Assembly: GCA_963823665.1 (NCBI GenBank)
Contig: CAWGMQ010000010.1
Location: 1,472,001-1,536,000, forward strand
DNA from: an uncultured Planctomycetota bacterium
Lineage (GTDB): Bacteria; Planctomycetota; Planctomycetia; Isosphaerales; Isosphaeraceae
DNA: 64,000 bases
Direction: 5' to 3'
The notes beneath the pieces are model-generated. The model made no database searches, was not told where the DNA came from, and saw only the letters and a list, made by a program, of their open reading frames with translations. The position numbers and the translations under genes were made by a program. Below, in pieces: positions 51,237-59,845 of the stretch. The first letter of the stretch is position 1. Each line of letters begins with the position of its first letter.

Positions 51237-52028
51237 GTCACTCCGCCGAATCCGTCCGGCCTCGCCGAATTCAAGAGCGCAGCATCCCCGAGATTCCCCC
51301 TGGGTGTTATCGTCGGCAAAATTGGAAAACTTGACGAGATCCGCGTTCAACGGCGAATGCGCGCATGCAGGCCAGGAGCGGGTGATCTCGCTCCGAGTCA
51401 TTCTGGGTTACGTCGCGATCAAACTCCGGAGCAACGGAGTGTCGGTCACGGTTGAACGAACCGCCGGAAAGCCAATCCTCTGCGTCAGGAACACGCATAA
51501 GCAGGAACCGGGTCGTCATCCGCAAGTCGATATTTCATAAAGTCTTGTGCCGACCATCTCGGCGCTTCCAAAAACGTCGTCATCCGTAAGTCCAGTTCCT
51601 GTAAGGAGATGACGACGATGACGACGTTTTGGGGGGTGTGCGGGAGCTGTTCGGTGGATTGGTTGACAAATGCGTGCGCAGGTGAGCGGGTTGTGCGGTG
51701 CCGGAGGCCGATCGCTGGTTGCCTGGCGGGCGAACCAGGGTCGCCAACGACTAAGAAGGGGAACCGGTCTGGTTCAAAGTGAGGTGACAGAAGGTTGAGC
51801 GAGGCGAGCTTTTCTAAAATGCCTGCTCCCACCATGTTGATGCTGGGACTTGAAACCCGCATTTTCACGGAGGGAGACAGGCATGGGACCAGCGATGGCA
51901 CGGATGGCAAGGAAGGAGGAGGGGAGGACCAGCGAGTGGGGATTGGTTGGTTCTTCAATTTCGAGGTAGCAGGCAATCGTGCGGAGTGGGGCTTTGGGTA
52001 TGCGTTTTTAGCCCGTATGGCCACGACA

Positions 52029-52338
52029 AATCGTCAGGCTGAAGCCTGACCTACACTGCGTCGCTTCGTTCCCTTAATCCTTTTAAGCCAACGCGCATCG
52101 TCAAATGTACAAAACGAACTCCCCCGTAGGGCATTTCGATGATGGCAAGCGCGCCGCAGCGCGGCAACCAAGGCGTTTGAAGGCAGAGCGTCGGGACGAG
52201 GGAAGCAAAGCGGACGATCATTTCTATCTTCGATCTATCTTCGATCTATCTTCGATCACTGAATTCCTACCTCGGAACAGCGGTCCAGGGGCGCCGCGGT
52301 GTCGAGGGTCAGAATCGTCAGGCTGAAGCCTGACCTAC
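52029..52338. repeat. Two identical 26-bp GTAG-type REP copies (52029-52054, 52313-52338) and a 3x TCTATCTTCGA tandem (52223-52255)
   Basis: AATCGTCAGGCTGAAGCCTGACCTAC occurs twice; same family as the copies at 3503-3589. Confidence 0.85.
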
Positions 52339-53916
52339 GCCGGTGCCGTTCGAAGCGATGGTGGCGGGAGCCGGGGTGGGGCGCAGGCGCGTCTCGTTGA
52401 CGAACGATTCGGTGGCGGGGTCGAGGATGCCGTTGGTGTGGCCGTTGGGACGGTGAACGTACATGGCATTTCTTGCGACGACGATCTGATGTTCGGGGGG
52501 TGGTGCCAAATCGTACTGGCTGGGACGCGCATGATCATCCAACTGAAGCTGGGGGTTGTAGACGCTGTTGAACTTCCAGAGCATCTTGAGCGTGTTTGTC
52601 TGGCCGCGCGCCAGGTTGCCGGCCAGAATCCCCGCGAGGGATTTGACGGCGGACCAGCCCAGGTGCTTGCGGTTAAGCACAGACTGGGTGGTCACGAGTT
52701 CGCGATAGAACTCGGCCAGCGGCAGCTTGGTCGGCAGCACGGCATGCTGGATGTCGAAGAGGCGGTAGTCTCTGGTCGAAAGCCGGCGCGACTCGGTGAG
52801 CCAGGTTTCGGTTCCGGGGTAGGGCGTGTTGACGCTGATGTTCACGATCTCGGGGATCTCGAGGCACCACTCGCGGATCACCTCGAACTGGCGGCGGTCC
52901 CAGGCGGGGTCAGCGATCAAGTTGATCGCCACCATCACGCCAAGCGATCTCGCGAATTCGAGCGCTTCGAGATTCTTGGAGACGCTCACGCGCTTGCGAA
53001 AGCGTTTGAGCCCCTCTTCATCGATTGCCTCCACGCCCAGGAACATATATTGAAGCCCGAGCTTTTTCCAGAAACGAAATACATCCTTGTTCCGCAGCAG
53101 CACGTCGCCGCGGGTCTCGAGGTAGTACTGCTTCTTGATGCCGCGGCGAGCGACGGCCTCGCCGATCGCCATGCCGTGGTGAGCCTGGATGAAGGCGACG
53201 TCGTCGACGATGAAGACCCCGGGCTCGCGAATGCTCGCCAGTTCGTCAGCGGCTGCTTCGGCGCTCTTGACGCGGTAGCTGCGGCCGTAAAATGTCCAGG
53301 CGCTGCAGAACGAGCAATCCCAGGGACATCCTCGCGAGAATTCGATCGAGGCACAGGGATCGAGCACGCCGATGAAATACTTGCGACGGTGGCGAAGCAA
53401 GTCACGCGCGGCGACCAGATCGTCGAGGTTCTTGATGAAGCCAGGCGCGGGCCCATCTCCCTGGGCGGCCACCACGCCCGGCACCTCGAGCAGGGACCGT
53501 TCATCTCGGTTCTCGATCGCCTCCAGAAGCGGCACGACCGCAGCCTCGCCCTCACCTTTCAATACACATGCAATCGCGCCGCCGGCGTGCTCGAGCAGAT
53601 CACGCGCGATGAACGATGCACTGTGACCGCCGGCGAACACGAACGCTGCGGGGCAGACGGCTGCCGCCAGTTTGGCAAGATCAACCACTTCGGGCACGTT
53701 GGCCAGGTAGTTGCAGGAGAGAGCGATCGCGTCGGGCTGCCAATGGCGGAGTGCTCGCTCGAACTGATTCGCCGGCTCGACCTGGAGGTCGATCAAATGG
53801 ACGTCGTGTCCGGCCCGCCGCGCGGCCTGCGCGATCAGCTCGATCCCAAGCGGCTCGAGACGGAGGAAGATCTTGGAATACATCAAACAACTGGGAGATA
53901 CCGCGAGGATCTTCAT
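52318..53916 (-). CDS. hpnR: Hopanoid C-3 methylase (B12-dependent radical SAM)
   Basis: MYSKIFLRLEPLG, CNYLANVPEV, RGCPWDCSFCSAWTFYGRSYR, FDIQHAVLPTKLPL, MLWKFNSVYNP are characteristic of HpnR. Confidence 0.85.
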   Translation of the reverse strand: MKILAVSPSCLMYSKIFLRLEPLGIELIAQAARRAGHDVHLIDLQVEPANQFERALRHWQPDAIALSCNYLANVPEVVDLAKLAAAVCPAAFVFAGGHSASFIARDLLEHAGGAIACVLKGEGEAAVVPLLEAIENRDERSLLEVPGVVAAQGDGPAPGFIKNLDDLVAARDLLRHRRKYFIGVLDPCASIEFSRGCPWDCSFCSAWTFYGRSYRVKSAEAAADELASIREPGVFIVDDVAFIQAHHGMAIGEAVARRGIKKQYYLETRGDVLLRNKDVFRFWKKLGLQYMFLGVEAIDEEGLKRFRKRVSVSKNLEALEFARSLGVMVAINLIADPAWDRRQFEVIREWCLEIPEIVNISVNTPYPGTETWLTESRRLSTRDYRLFDIQHAVLPTKLPLAEFYRELVTTQSVLNRKHLGWSAVKSLAGILAGNLARGQTNTLKMLWKFNSVYNPQLQLDDHARPSQYDLAPPPEHQIVVARNAMYVHRPNGHTNGILDPATESFVNETRLRPTPAPATIASNGTGVGQASA

Positions 53917-54205
53917 GACGCCTCAGGGTGCTTTCGACGCGACGGGTCCGATCAACGAGACTCCGCTTGTAGCACGATTCTCTCCCTTGAACCAGAACAA
54001 CCAACCCCTGTCCGAGCGGTTCGGACGGATTTTCGCCAATCGCGGGAACACAAAGCACCAGAAGGGTTTCCCTATCCTTTCTCGTTTGACGAGCCCGGCA
54101 TCATCGGGTTTATTGAGGTATACTCATGATCAGTGACGATTCTCAAAGGTCAGGGCGCTCTGGTAGAATCCGTTTTTGCGATTCGCGTTTGAGTTTGGAG
54201 CGGTG

Positions 54206-55645
54206 ATGATGGCGGGTGAAGCGAGCCAAAGTACGACCAAGAAGTTGTACATCGAGACGGTCGGCTGCCAGATGAATTTGCTGGACAGCGAGCTGGTGGT
54301 GGCGAAGCTGCGCAATGACGGCTACGAGCTGACGGACGACCTGAATCAGGCCGATCTGGTCCTTTACAACACGTGCTCGGTCCGGCAGCACGCGGAGGAC
54401 AAGGTCTACAGCGCGCTTGGACGGATCAAGCGGCTGAAGGAGCGGAAGCCGGGGCTGGCGATCGGCGTGATGGGGTGCATGGCGCAGAAGGATCAGGAGC
54501 AGATTTTTCGGCGCGCACCGCATGTCGACGTGGTGGTGGGCCCTGGTCAGCTTGCGAAGGTGGGTGAGTTGGTTGAGCGATCGCGGGCGGAACAGACGCG
54601 GCAGATTGCGGTGAGCAGAGCGCGGTCGGACGGGTCGCTGGAGGTGATTGCGGCGAGCTTCGAGGGGTATGACGCGGATCGCGAGCCCGCGCTGCGGCCG
54701 ACGCCGTTCCAGGCGTTCATCCGTGTGATGATGGGGTGCGACAAGTTCTGTACCTACTGTATTGTCCCGGCGGTGCGCGGGCCGGAGCAGAGCCGAGCGC
54801 CGGAGGTGATCCTTGAAGAGGCACGCGTGCTGGCAGGGCAGGGGGTGAAGGAGATCACACTTCTTGGGCAGACGGTCAACAGCTACAAATTCCGGCGGCC
54901 GGATGGACGCGTCGAGCGGCTCTCAAGCCTGCTTGAGCGGTTGCAGGATATCGAGGGACTCGAGCGGATCAAGTTCATCACCAATTTTCCCAACGACATG
55001 ACGGACGACCTGTTGCAGGCGGTGCGCGATTTGACGAAGGTATGCCCTTACATCCACGTGCCGGCGCAGAGCGGGTGTGATGTGGTGCTGAAGCGGATGA
55101 AGCGGCTGTACACGGTGGGCTACTACGAGGAGATGCTCGCGCGGATTCGATCGACGGTTCCTGGGGTGGCGATTTCGAGCGACTTCATCGTGGGGTTTTG
55201 CGGGGAGGACGAGGCATCGTTCGAGCGGACGGTAGGGTTGGTCGAGCGGTCCCGGTTCAAGAACAGCTTCATTTTCAAGTACAGTCCGCGGGAGACGACG
55301 AAGGCGGCGTTGCTTTATGAAGACGACGTACCGGAGGCGGTGAAAAAGCGCCGGAATAACGAGCTACTCGCCTTGCAAACAGCGATCAGCTTGGAAGACA
55401 ATCAGCGGTGGGTTGGACGAACCGTTCCGGTGTTTGTGGAAGGGCCGAGCAAGAAGACGGCCCGCCGGGATGGTTGGGAGAGTGTTGACCAGTTAACGGG
55501 CCGCACGCGGTGTGATCGGATCGTGGTGTTCGACGGGCCCGAGCGGCTGGTGGGTGAGGAAGTGCGTGTCCTGGTTGAAGACGCGAGCGCGGTTGCTCTC
55601 TTCGGCCGGGTAGAGACATTTGAGCGCATTGCGACTCCGGCGTGA
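54206..55645 (+). CDS. miaB: tRNA-2-methylthio-N6-dimethylallyladenosine synthase
   Basis: TVGCQMNLLDSE, NTCSVRQHAE, GCMAQ, GCDKFCTYCIVP, C-terminal TRAM domain. Confidence 0.95.
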   Translation: MMAGEASQSTTKKLYIETVGCQMNLLDSELVVAKLRNDGYELTDDLNQADLVLYNTCSVRQHAEDKVYSALGRIKRLKERKPGLAIGVMGCMAQKDQEQIFRRAPHVDVVVGPGQLAKVGELVERSRAEQTRQIAVSRARSDGSLEVIAASFEGYDADREPALRPTPFQAFIRVMMGCDKFCTYCIVPAVRGPEQSRAPEVILEEARVLAGQGVKEITLLGQTVNSYKFRRPDGRVERLSSLLERLQDIEGLERIKFITNFPNDMTDDLLQAVRDLTKVCPYIHVPAQSGCDVVLKRMKRLYTVGYYEEMLARIRSTVPGVAISSDFIVGFCGEDEASFERTVGLVERSRFKNSFIFKYSPRETTKAALLYEDDVPEAVKKRRNNELLALQTAISLEDNQRWVGRTVPVFVEGPSKKTARRDGWESVDQLTGRTRCDRIVVFDGPERLVGEEVRVLVEDASAVALFGRVETFERIATPA

Positions 55646-55660
55646 AGGGAAGTACGTACG

Positions 55661-56407
55661 ATGGCCGGCTCGCTTTTGGACCGGGTATGCTGCTGGATTG
55701 CGTGGGGTGGAATCGAGGAGCGGTTTGCACCCGAGCCGCGATCGCTCGAGCACGGGTTTCCCGGGAACGGGCATTCGTGCCGACCGGGCGCGGATCCGCG
55801 AGCGATCGCGGACTGGGAGGACCGGCACGGTTATCAGCTTCCACACGGGCTTCAGGCATGGTTGCGGCTCTCAAACGGGTTGTTTGGCGGAGGCCCGTAC
55901 ATCCATCCGATCACGGCGATTGGCCCGATGGTGCCGTTTGCGCGAGTTCCGGGGATGGTTGTGCAACCGGAGAGCTGGTTCGAGCTGGGCAATCCGAACC
56001 GGCAGACGATCTGCATTGACCTGGCGTATCGCTTGCCGGGAGGCAGTTATCCGATCTTCACTTCCGGCGACGACGAGATGGGGAGTCCGCCGCGGATCAT
56101 TGCGCGGAGCTTCGAGGAGTGGTTTCTCGAGCTGTTGCGGCATGAGGGGCGGGAATACTGGTTCAATTCCGGCTTCCGGGATTTCGGCGACCCGTGGCAA
56201 TCGCATCGCCGGCATGTTACGGAGCCACTGTTGCCGCCCCGGTTGAGGGCCTACGCCGACCGCGCTGCCAGGCTGCACGCGAGTGGGGCAGACGAGCGGA
56301 TGATCGCCGCGAGCCTGGGGCTAGCCCGGGCCGATGTCGAGGCCATCTTCCGTCACCTCCAACATCTGACACCGGATCGCGTTTCTTCGAGGGCGTCGGG
56401 AACGTAG
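55661..56407 (+). CDS. SMI1/KNR4 family protein
   Basis: PGADPRAIADWEDRHGYQLPHGLQAWLRLSNG, ICIDL, IIARSFEEWF. Confidence 0.75.
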   Translation: MAGSLLDRVCCWIAWGGIEERFAPEPRSLEHGFPGNGHSCRPGADPRAIADWEDRHGYQLPHGLQAWLRLSNGLFGGGPYIHPITAIGPMVPFARVPGMVVQPESWFELGNPNRQTICIDLAYRLPGGSYPIFTSGDDEMGSPPRIIARSFEEWFLELLRHEGREYWFNSGFRDFGDPWQSHRRHVTEPLLPPRLRAYADRAARLHASGADERMIAASLGLARADVEAIFRHLQHLTPDRVSSRASGT

Positions 56408-56469
56408 GATTGCGTCAATACCAACTTTCTGCAATAAACGCCAAGCACGCCGCGGAGCGGCACTGAGGC

Positions 56470-56506
56470 CGTTCCCACGCAACGCGTGGGAACGAGGTTT
56501 TTTTTT
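56470..56506 (+). terminator. Intrinsic terminator-like hairpin (possibly REP-derived)
   Basis: CGTTCCCACGC-AAC-GCGTGGGAACG 11-bp stem, then AGG and a T9 run. Confidence 0.6.
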
Positions 56507-56537
56507 GCTCTCACAACTCGGTGTCTGAGAATTCTGG

Positions 56538-59500
56538 ATGACGGCCGGCTGGTTTCTGACGTATCACGAGGTTCCCGAGGTTGTGCAGGGGTGGCTCGCC
56601 CGGCTGGGCGTGCGGGACCCGGAGCGCGGCAGCCGCGATCTGGCGGATCTTACCCGGCGGGCGGGAACTGATTCCCTGGAGGACATCGACCGGCTGGCGG
56701 TGATGCTCGACGCGATATTGCCCAGGTGCGCCGATCCGGGGATGGCGCTGGCGAACCTCGAGCGATACCTGGCGGCTGTGCCCAGGCTGAGCTCGACCTT
56801 ACGCGATCTCGCCGGCGACAACCGAATGGCCGAGATCTTGCTGCAGGTCTTCAGCACCAGCCATTACTTCAGCGAAGTCTTGATCCGTGACCCCGAGCTG
56901 CTCGATTGGCTGAGGGCCGGGCCGGAGCGCCCGGACCGATCGTCGCTGGTCGAGGAGATCTGGGCCGCGCTCGAAGCAATGGGTGACGAGAACGAGCAGT
57001 CGCTCGCCCTGCGGCGGTTTCGCCAGCGTGAGAGCCTGAGAATCGGCTACAACGATATCGTCCGAGGTTTTCCGCTGGAAGTGATCACTCTCGACCTCTC
57101 CGATCTGGCGGACGCTTGTGTTGAAGCGGCGCTGCGACTCGCACGCACCCGTGCCGTAGCTCGCTACGGCGTGCCGCGGTCAGCGGGCGGGGGCGAAGCC
57201 CGGTTCGTCGTGCTGGGACTGGGCAAGCTGGGAGGCCAGGAGCTCAACTACAGCTCTGACATCGATTTGATCTTCCTGTACGACCTGGACGGAGCGACGG
57301 ACGGACCGAAGGTCGTTTCCAACTCCGAGTTCTTCGCGAGGATGGGAAGCGAGCTGGTCCGGCTGCTGGTCGAGCACACTGCACTGGGTATCGTTTATCG
57401 AGTCGACATGCGTTTGCGCCCTGATGGCGAGGAAGGGGCGCTGGCCAGGCCGCTGGGGGCGACGCTGGGCTATTACGTGACGCGGGGCCGAACGTGGGAG
57501 CGGCAGGCGCTTATCAAGTGCCGCGCGGTCGCCGGTGACCTCGAGCTGGGCAAGACGTTCTGCGACGAGATCCAGCCGTTCGTTTTTCGCCGGTTCCTGG
57601 GCGCCGCGGAAATCGCTGAGATCAAGTCGCTCAAGCGGCGGATCGAGCAGCGCAGCCTCTCGGCGGGGACGGCCGAAGTGGAGGTGAAGACCGGACGCGG
57701 CGGTATTCGCGATATCGAATTCGTGGTGCAGTTCCTGCAGTTGCTGCACGGCGGCGAGTATCCCGAAGTGCGGCATGGCACCACGCTGGCGGCGATTGCG
57801 CAGCTCGAGCACATGGGGTGTTTGACCACGGAGGAGCGAAACATCCTGGACGACAATTACCGGTTCCTGCGACGGGTGGAGCACCGGCTGCAGATCCTCT
57901 TCGACCGGCAGACTCACGAGATGCCGCGCGAAGGGACCGCGCGGCGAACGCTGGCGCTGCGGATGGGATACATGCCGGAAAGCGCGTGGGAGGACTGGGA
58001 AGGCCCGACGGCGCGGTTCATGGCCGACTATCGCAGCAAGACGGAGCTAAATCGACGGATCCTCAATCACTTGCTTCACGATGCATTCAGCGGCGAGGTC
58101 GGCCCAGCCGTCGACCCGGTTGTCGACCTGGTGCTCGACCCCGAGCCCGGGGAAGAGTTCGTGAAGGAAGTGCTGGCGCGTTATCCGTTTCGAGACCGCC
58201 AGACCGCCTACATGAATTTGATGGCGCTGGCTCGAGAGGATTTTCAGTTCCTCTCGCAGGCCCGCTGCCGTCATTTCTTCGCGGCCATCGCCCCGCGGCT
58301 TCTGGAAGCGATCAGCCGCAGTCCGGACCCGGACATGACGCTGACGAATCTCGAGAAAGTGTCGGCGTCGCTGGGCGCGAAGGCGATTCTCTGGGAGCTC
58401 TTCAACTTCAATCCGCCGAGCCTCCGGCTGTATGTGGAGCTGTGTGCCAATAGCCAGTTCCTTTCCGAGATCCTGATCAACAATCCGGGCATGATTGACG
58501 ATCTGGTCGACAGCTTGGTGGTCGATCGGGCGCTGCCGGGTGCAGCGATCAAGGCCGAGCTTGCCGGACTGTGCAAAGGTGCTGAGGACCTGGCGCCCAT
58601 ACTGTGGAGCTTCCGGAACAAGGAGTGGGTTCGCGTGGGCACGCGCGACATCCTGGGCCGCGAGCCGGTGCGCGAAGTGACGAGAGAGCTTGCCGACCTG
58701 GCCGAGGCGGTCGTCACTCAGACCGCTCGCGATCAGTGGGACCGCCGCGCAGCGAAGTACGGAACGCCGGTGTGTTCCGCCACCGGCAAGCGCGATCGAT
58801 GGGCAATCGTGGCGCTCGGCAAGCTCGGCGGTCGTGAACTTTCTTATCACAGCGACCTCGATCTGATCTTCGTGCACGAAGCCGAGGGGATGACTCGCGG
58901 CGGGGGTATGAGCATTTCCAACGATCAGTTCGTGAACGAGGTGGCGCTTCGTGTGCTTGCGGCGCTTGCAGGAGGCCCGACGTCTGGCCCGCTCTACGCG
59001 GTGGACACCCGGCTTCGACCCCATGGTGCCTCCGGCCCTCTGATTCAAACCTTGACCGCGATGATCGACTACTATCGAAAAACGGGCCAGATCTGGGAGC
59101 GGATGAGCCTTACACGGGCGCGGGTGATCTTCGCGACCGGCGGGTTTGGCGAGCAGGTGACGGGGGCAATCCGGTCGCTGCTGCTGGCCGAGGTCGATCA
59201 AATCACGCTGGCCGCCGGGGTTCTGGCGATGAGGCGCAAGCTCGAGGCAGCGCGGCCGCGGCACGATCTGAAACGCGGTCCGGGAGGTCTTGCCGACATC
59301 GAGTTCATCGTTCAATACCTCCAGCTCTTGCACGCTTCGAGCGAGCCGGACCTTCTGCGCTCGAACATGTGGGAAGCCCTGGCGGCTTTGCGGCGGCACC
59401 GCATCATCACACCGGCCGTGTGCGCCGATCTGCGCAGAGCTTACGAGTTCCTGCGGACGATCGAGGGGAGGCTGCGGCTCGTCTATAACCGGAGCGTCTC

Positions 59501-59669
59501 GGAGCTTCCGGAAGACCGAAGTGAGATCGAGCGTCTGGCGCGGCGGATGAGTGACGAATCGGCCGATCCGGCGCGCGCGGTCGAAGCGTTTCTGGCCGAG
59601 GCGCAGAGGAAGACGCAGCGCACGCGGCAGATCTTCGAGGAGATTGTCGGCGCGCTTGCGACCCCATGA
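56538..59669 (+). CDS. glnE: Bifunctional glutamine synthetase adenylyltransferase/adenylyl-removing enzyme
   Basis: Two nucleotidyltransferase domains: GKLGGQELNYSSDIDL and GKLGGRELSYHSDLDL; VDMRLRPDG and VDTRLRPHG; GGIRDIEF and GGLADIEF. Confidence 0.95.
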   Translation: MTAGWFLTYHEVPEVVQGWLARLGVRDPERGSRDLADLTRRAGTDSLEDIDRLAVMLDAILPRCADPGMALANLERYLAAVPRLSSTLRDLAGDNRMAEILLQVFSTSHYFSEVLIRDPELLDWLRAGPERPDRSSLVEEIWAALEAMGDENEQSLALRRFRQRESLRIGYNDIVRGFPLEVITLDLSDLADACVEAALRLARTRAVARYGVPRSAGGGEARFVVLGLGKLGGQELNYSSDIDLIFLYDLDGATDGPKVVSNSEFFARMGSELVRLLVEHTALGIVYRVDMRLRPDGEEGALARPLGATLGYYVTRGRTWERQALIKCRAVAGDLELGKTFCDEIQPFVFRRFLGAAEIAEIKSLKRRIEQRSLSAGTAEVEVKTGRGGIRDIEFVVQFLQLLHGGEYPEVRHGTTLAAIAQLEHMGCLTTEERNILDDNYRFLRRVEHRLQILFDRQTHEMPREGTARRTLALRMGYMPESAWEDWEGPTARFMADYRSKTELNRRILNHLLHDAFSGEVGPAVDPVVDLVLDPEPGEEFVKEVLARYPFRDRQTAYMNLMALAREDFQFLSQARCRHFFAAIAPRLLEAISRSPDPDMTLTNLEKVSASLGAKAILWELFNFNPPSLRLYVELCANSQFLSEILINNPGMIDDLVDSLVVDRALPGAAIKAELAGLCKGAEDLAPILWSFRNKEWVRVGTRDILGREPVREVTRELADLAEAVVTQTARDQWDRRAAKYGTPVCSATGKRDRWAIVALGKLGGRELSYHSDLDLIFVHEAEGMTRGGGMSISNDQFVNEVALRVLAALAGGPTSGPLYAVDTRLRPHGASGPLIQTLTAMIDYYRKTGQIWERMSLTRARVIFATGGFGEQVTGAIRSLLLAEVDQITLAAGVLAMRRKLEAARPRHDLKRGPGGLADIEFIVQYLQLLHASSEPDLLRSNMWEALAALRRHRIITPAVCADLRRAYEFLRTIEGRLRLVYNRSVSELPEDRSEIERLARRMSDESADPARAVEAFLAEAQRKTQRTRQIFEEIVGALATP

Positions 59670-59845
59670 GCGCGGGCCGCCGGCCTAGGACCACTCGTGG
59701 CAGACCACTCCATTCATCAAACACCGGCCTTGCCGCCGGGGCCCCGGCGCGCGATCATGCCATTACTCGGACAATTATCAGAGGCAGTTTGGCGGGATGG
59801 TGCGGAACGCGGCCTCCTGTGCGGCGGCAGCGACGAGCGAGACTC

